A stretch of DNA of 64,000 bases from Felis catus (Eukaryota), in assembly GCF_018350175.1 (NCBI RefSeq), contig NC_058374.1, positions 82,274,001 to 82,338,000 on the forward strand, given 5' to 3'. How positions within the stretch are numbered: position 1 is the stretch's first letter; every line of letters begins with the position of its first letter. Below, piece by piece: positions 58,177 to 64,000 of the stretch. A program made the position numbers and the translations under genes. The notes below the pieces were generated by a model. The model saw only the letters and a list, made by a program, of their open reading frames with translations, was not told the origin of the DNA and searched no databases.

Positions 58177-60699
58177 AGAGTATATAGAGGGGTGCCTGGG
58201 TGGCTCAGGCAGTTAAGCACCTGACTCTTGATTTTGGCTCAGGTCATGATCTTGCGGGTTGGGAGTTTGAGCCTTGCATTGGGCTCTGCACTAACAGTGC
58301 GGAGCCTGCTTGAGATTCTCTCTCTCCCTCTCTCTCTGCCCTTCCCGCTCTCTCTCTCTCAAAATAAATAAATAAACTTACAAAAAAAAAAAAAAAAAAG
58401 TATATAAGCCCAGCCCATTTTACCTGGATGACTGACACAATTCTTTGGAATCAAATAAAAGTTACCTGATTCATGTAAACTCCATCAACCTCTGATGTTA
58501 CTACTGCTTTACATGCACTGACTCTCCCAACAAAAGCCACTATTCCTTGGCAAGCAACAAAATCCTCATGTGCCTTATCTTGGAGAAGCCAAATGTACCA
58601 CCTTAGTGAATACCACTAGTTCAACAGTTTCCTTGGCAAAGAGGGAGTAGTTTTACTACAATTAAAACAAGCCTTTAAGGAGGCACCTGGGTGGCTCAGT
58701 CGGTTAGGCATCCGACTTCAGCTCAGGTCATGATCTCACAGCCAGTGAGTTCAGGTCCTGCAACGGGCTCTGTGCTGACAGCTCAGAGCCTGGAGCCTGC
58801 TTCAGATTCTGTGTCTCCCGCTCCCTCTGCTCCTCCCCCACTCACACGCACTCGCTCTCACTCTCTCGGTCTCTCAAAGATGGATAAATGTTAAAAACAA
58901 AACAAAAAAACAAGCCTTTAAGTTTACTACTGCTCATTCTGGCGAGTCAGTAATTAAGCTGATATTTATAACAGGTAATGCTTTATTCTGAGGCACCTGG
59001 GTGGCTCAGTTGGGTGAGCGTCAACTTGGGCTCAGGTCATGATCTCACGGTTTGTGAGTTTGAGCCCATCAGGCTCTCTGCTGTCAGTGCAGAGCCCACT
59101 TTGGATCCTCTGTCCCCGCCTCTCTCTGTACCTCCCCTGCTTGTACTCTGTCTCTCAAAACTAAATCAACATTAAAAAAAAAAACAAAAAAACAAAAAAC
59201 AAAAAAATAGGTAATGCTTTATTCTAAATTAGTAGCACAAAGAATACAAACTTCTTCAAGTTTCTTCCTAAAAGAGATGTAAACTTATCAGATTGTAAAA
59301 TTTTCAGGGTTTATTTACAAGACTGACTGTGATATTTATTTACTTTTAATGTTGATTTAGTTTTGAGAGAGCACAAGCAGAGGAGGGGCAGAGAGAGGGA
59401 GAGAGAAGATATGAAGCAGGCTCTGAACTGGCAGGCTGACAGCACACAAGCCTGATATGGGGCCTGAACTCGCCAGCCTTGAGATTACCTGAGCTGAAGT
59501 CAGACGCTCAACCAACTGAGACACCCAGGCACCCCAAGACTGACTCTGATATTTATTCATAAAAAGACTTTGTAAGATTTTGAATGTGTTAGGTAATAGA
59601 TATTCAAAGGTCATTTCCAGGGCTGCCTGGCTGGCTCAGTTGGTAGAGCATGCAGCTCTTGATCTTAGGGTCATGAGTTTAAGCCCTATGTTAGGCATAT
59701 AGCCTACTTTAAAACAAAACAAAACAATAAAGTCCATCTCCAGAGGTAGATGGAAAGAGGTAAATGTGGATTAAAGGAAGAAAGAACATTGCAAATTCTT
59801 TACCACCCAAGAAGTTTCTAGAATTCTAAACATATTTTTTTTTTTCAACGTTTTTTTATTTATTTTTGGGACAGAGACAGAGCATGAAAGGGGGAGGGGC
59901 AGAGAGACAGGGAAACACAGAATCGGAAACAGGCTCCAGGCTCTGAGCCATCAGCCCAGAGCCCGACATGGGGCTTGAACTCACGGACTGCGAGATCGTG
60001 ACCTGGCTGAAGTCGGACGCTCAACCGACTGCGCCACCCAGGCACTCCCCTAGAATTCTAAACATATTATTTCAACAGTTCTTTATGTAAACCTCAGGTG
60101 ATACTTGGTCTCCATTATAAATACCTTTTTTTTTTTTTTTTTAAATAATTTCTATGCTCAAGGTAGAGCTGGAACTCATGATCTGAGATCAAGAGTCCCA
60201 TGCTCTACTGAGCCAGGACCCCCATTATTGATACTCTTAAATTTAAATTTAAACCAAATCAATACTGTCTGTCAAAGCTCTGAGTAGTTTTGCCAGTGCT
60301 CAGGGTCTCAGCTAACTCAGTGAGTTACTCCGGTGGATAAACACAAGTCTTTAAAAAACAAACAGAGGCCCCCTGGGTGGCACAGTTGGTTAAGCACCCT
60401 GACTCTTGATCTTGACTCAGCTCATGATCTCACAGTTCGTGAGTTCAGTGCAGAGCCTGCTTGGGATATTCTCTTTCTCTTTCTCTCTCTCTGCCCCTCC
60501 CATGCACTCTCTCAAAATAAATAAATAAATAAACTTAAAAAAAAAAATTTAAAAACAAAAAAACTATAAAAAAGCGGTAAGAACAAGAAGTCTCATTTGA
60601 GTCCACTGATCAGAGGGGAGTTAGGTACAACTAGTGTCTGAGTTGGATACGGTCTTCACTAAATAATCAAAGAAATACGCCAAGCACATAATCAAACAC

Positions 60700-60940
60700 A
60701 TTGTTACTTACTAAATATAATATGATAGGCTTTGCGTCAAGCATTTTACATAGAATCATCCCTTTTTACATAGAATAATTTCATGCTTAAAATACCACTC
60801 CGAGGTAGGTATTATCTCTACTTCCCAGATGATGAAACTGAGGCTCAGAAAAGTGCCATAACTTGTAAATAATACTAAGTGGCAAAAACACTTTTCAAAT
60901 CCAAGCTTCTGTGATTCCAAATCTTGTGCTCCTTTCTAGG
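60700..60940. mobile_element. MIR element (other MIR-like fragments near 2050, 13640, 16890, 24940, 34620, 39880, 51160)
   Basis: MIR core GATGAAACTGAGGCTCAGA...TAAGTGGCA. Confidence 0.65.
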
Positions 60941-61360
60941 CTAACTGGCTTTAACACCGAATTAAATGTACTGATGGAATTCAGTGTGGCCACTTTATCC
61001 AAACAGATATCAAGCAAAGAACAAAAGATCTTATTACTTGGGCACTTAAGTAGTATGCTGAGGAAGGGGCACCTGGGTGGCTCAGTAGGTTGACTGTCCA
61101 ACTCTAGATTTCAGCTAAGGTCGTGATCTCATGGTTCATGGGTTCGAGCCCTGCATTGGGCTCTACGCTGGCAGTGTGAAGCCTGCTTGGGATTCTCTCT
61201 CTCCCTCCCTCTCTGCCCCTGCCTCTCAAAATAAATAAACTTAAAAAAAAAAAAAAAAAAAAAAAGGCCAGGGAGGGGCACCTGACTCTTGGTCTCAGGG
61301 TGGTGAGTTTGAGCCCCAAGTTGGGTGTGGAGCCTACTTAAAAAAAAAAAAAAAAAAAAG

Positions 61361-61391
<31 letters not shown>
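61361..61391. repeat. (GTA)n microsatellite
   Basis: About 10 units after a SINE A-tail. Confidence 0.9.
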
Positions 61392-61463
61392 GCTGGGGAA
61401 ATAATGTTTCTTCACCCTCACTTCCTTTCAAGGGCTCTATGAAGCAGTCTAGGTATATTTTAC

Positions 61464-61553
61464 CTCTGTATCCTCTGTGGTTCCTGTTCCAGCCGAACTT
61501 GTGACAATCCCAAATCGCTCCTTCCTCTTTTTCAGTTTCTCATCATCTTCAGA
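61464..61553 (-). CDS. SARNP: SARNP penultimate coding exon
   Basis: SEDDEKLKKRKERFGIVTSSAGTGTTEDTE; 90 nt, phase 0-0. Confidence 0.93.
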
Positions 61554-64000
61554 CTGTTCAGGGACAAAGAAGAGGATTGAAACAAGTGAGCTTCCACTCA
61601 CAAGACAAAAGAGAATGAAATTATAACTTAATGGTCACAATATGCCAGCCAATCTTGCACTAAGAACTAAGTTATCACACAAACAGAAAAAAACAGGAAA
61701 CTGAACAAGCAAGCATACAGTATGCCATCCCTAAGAATGACAAAAAACTTAATTTTAAGTAGGGCCTCAATATTCATAAGACACGTGGAGTCAAGAAAAC
61801 AAACAAAATACCCATACAACAAATTTCTGTGAAAAAACTCCTGTAATTCAGACATATGGAACACTGAGGCTTCAGTAACACCTAAGGACAAAAGGTTAGT
61901 AGGAGACACCCAAACTATTTGTTGAACACTGCTTACAAGTTCCATTTACTTGCCAAGGATTAGAAGGGAAAGACACCAGAATGATGTTTCTGAAGAACAT
62001 ACAAAGAAAGCCAAGCATTATGAATGCCCAGCAAAGTCACAGAAGGCTCTGAATAGTTTGAAATGATTTTGAAAAAAGGGGAGTCAAGAAATTAGCTGCA
62101 GTCATCTAAGAGAAAAGATGCTCTGGACCTTTCCCAAGCTTCTAAGAGATTTATGATATCTGCCCTATAACTGGAGAGAATATTACAGCTAGTATGCATT
62201 AGAGCTGGTCATTCTCCTATAGCTATTTTAATGACTGAGCTAATGTTCACATCTAACACTGTTCAATGTTAAGAGGCTCATATATATTCTCATCAGGACC
62301 TAAACCCTGCCAATTTATTTACCCCACTTTAAACAGTTATTTTCGGGGCACCTGGCTGGCTTGGTGTATCCAACTCTTGATCTCAAGGCTGTAAATTCGA
62401 GCCCCACGTTGAATATAAAGATTATTTAAAACTAAAATCTTAAAACAAAAACAAAACAAAATTATTTTCTCCTTTTCCACCTTCCCCCCCACACCCAATC
62501 ACCAATAATCAAAACCACAGCCCTGGGATTAGTAAACATAAAATCAGGGACGCCTGGGTGGCTCAGTCGGTTAAGTGTCCGACTTCAGCTCAGGTCACGA
62601 TCTCACGGTCCGTGAGTTCGAGCCCCGCATCGGGCTCTGGGTTGATGGCTCAGAGTTTGCAGCCTGCTTCCGATTCTGTGTCTCCCTCTCTCTCTGCCCC
62701 TCCCCTGTTCATGCTCTGTCTCTGTCTCAAAAATAAATAAACTTAAAAAAAAAAATTAAAAAAAAAAAAAAAAAAGAACCATATAAAATCAGATGGGCTC
62801 CCTGGGTGTTCTTCCATCCAGAAGGATTTTAAAGAATTTGGCACACATCTAGACAAAGATCCTATCCTCTCCGTATATCTCATGAGACCCTCTACTCCAT
62901 ACATACATACGCACCCTCACCAAGGGCTAGGACAGTTTCTTTGACTTCATTTACAAAAGGTAACCAATATAAGGTCAAGTCAATAGTTCAAACAAATTTT
63001 CGAACACACTTCTGTGTGATGCTCCTGAGCTAATTTTTTTTTTTTTTTAAACCCCAGAGAGTTCATATCCTGCAGTCTGAAAGTAGGTTGTATAAGACAG
63101 TCAAAAGAAAGGCAATCAAGAGATCTACAGAAACACATTAATTTTTTTAAATTTTATTTTTGAGAGAGAAAGAGACAGCGTGAAAGAGAGAGGGAGAGAG
63201 AGAATGTCAAGCAGGCTCCACTCTGTCAGCACAGAGCCCGATGCTGCGCTCGAACTCACAAAACCACGAGATCACGACCTGAGCCAAAACCAAGAGTCGG
63301 ACTCTTAAATGACTGAGCCACCCAGGTGCCCAAGAAACACAGGAATTTTTAAAACCTCTAACTCTCATCCCCAAGGAGTTGCCTTTGTTCCTATGACCAC
63401 AGAAGCCACCACTTTGGCCAAAAACAGGGCAGCTATCCAACCTTCTGCGTTTAATTTGTTTAACTAGTCCAGTTCTCCGAACACAGTAGGCAGGAATACT
63501 TTCTTGGTCTTACTTTGGTTCTTTCAGCTTGAGAAGCATGTTTATTTTCTCCCTTTTGCTGTACCTGCCTTCTAGTAAGTTAGAAAGAAGTCAAGAGGGG
63601 TGCCTGAATGGCTCAGTCAGTTAAGCGCCTGACTCAATTTCAGCTCAGGTCATAATCTCTTCCGTTCATGAGTTCAAGCCCCACATCAGGCTCTGCGCGG
63701 ACAGTGCAGAGCCTGGTTGGGATTCTTGCTCTCTGCCCCTCCTGTGCACGGTCTCTCTCTCTCTCAAAATAAATAAATAAACTTAAAAAAAGAAAGAAAA
63801 AGAAAGGAGCCAAGAAAGGTTGATGGCTATGAAAGACTGAAGTATCCAACACACACAAGTTCTCACTTAATCATAGTGTATTACTAAGAAAAAAATATTG
63901 CCTACATAGTTTTTCTTTTTCTGCCTTTTTCATTATAACCATCAGCAAGTCCATAGTGGGCACATAATTGATGCAATCTAAACTACTGTAAAACACTGAG

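Larger units (their letters stand above)
57947..63800. mobile_element. Dense Can-SINE field in SARNP introns (at least 14 copies)
   Basis: Copies at about 57947, 58189, 58680, 58990, 59340(-), 59620, 59836(-; TSD CTAGAATTCTAAACATAT), 60125(-), 60366, 61066, 62345, 62547, 63140(-), 63597. Confidence 0.85.

Noticed and set aside
60895-60945. Extra SARNP RxxRFG motif (ERSTRFGI) in the last intron
   Set aside because: It lies in the tail of a MIR element with no convincing donor; chance match.
57947-63800. tRNA-like A/B boxes and regularly recurring repeats
   Set aside because: All are tRNA-derived Can-SINE heads, not tRNA genes or a CRISPR-like array.

Overview
Mammalian genomic DNA, almost certainly a felid: the many tRNA-derived Can-SINEs are of the SINEC_Fc type. 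It is the block syntenic with human 12q13.2. Gene order: ITGA7 5' half (minus; 14 coding exons including the mutually exclusive X1/X2 pair; continues off the left edge), BLOC1S1 (plus, 125 aa, complete), RDH5 (plus, 318 aa, complete), CD63 (minus, 238 aa, complete), about 11 kb intergenic, GDF11 (plus; start codon and end of exon 2 hidden in N gaps), and the last two coding exons of SARNP (minus). All listed exons were walked by hand with GT-AG boundaries and consistent phases. Gene names come from recognising the translated proteins. Main unexplained signals: (1) a decayed, intron-containing RhoGAP-domain gene remnant on the minus strand between CD63 and GDF11 (about 35.65-39.1 kb), with an RFX X-box/NR5A/GC-box promoter-like cluster; (2) a rearranged copy of ITGA7 exon 3 inside ITGA7 intron 1; (3) a perfect 120-bp inverted repeat formed by two homogenised tail-to-tail SINEs; (4) a candidate poison exon in BLOC1S1 and a possible in-frame BLOC1S1-RDH5 read-through splice; (5) a young SINE inserted just behind the RDH5 poly(A) signal; (6) a candidate SARNP micro-exon and extended 3' end facing a GDF11 poly(A) signal. 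No searches were run; family comparisons are from memory and by eye.
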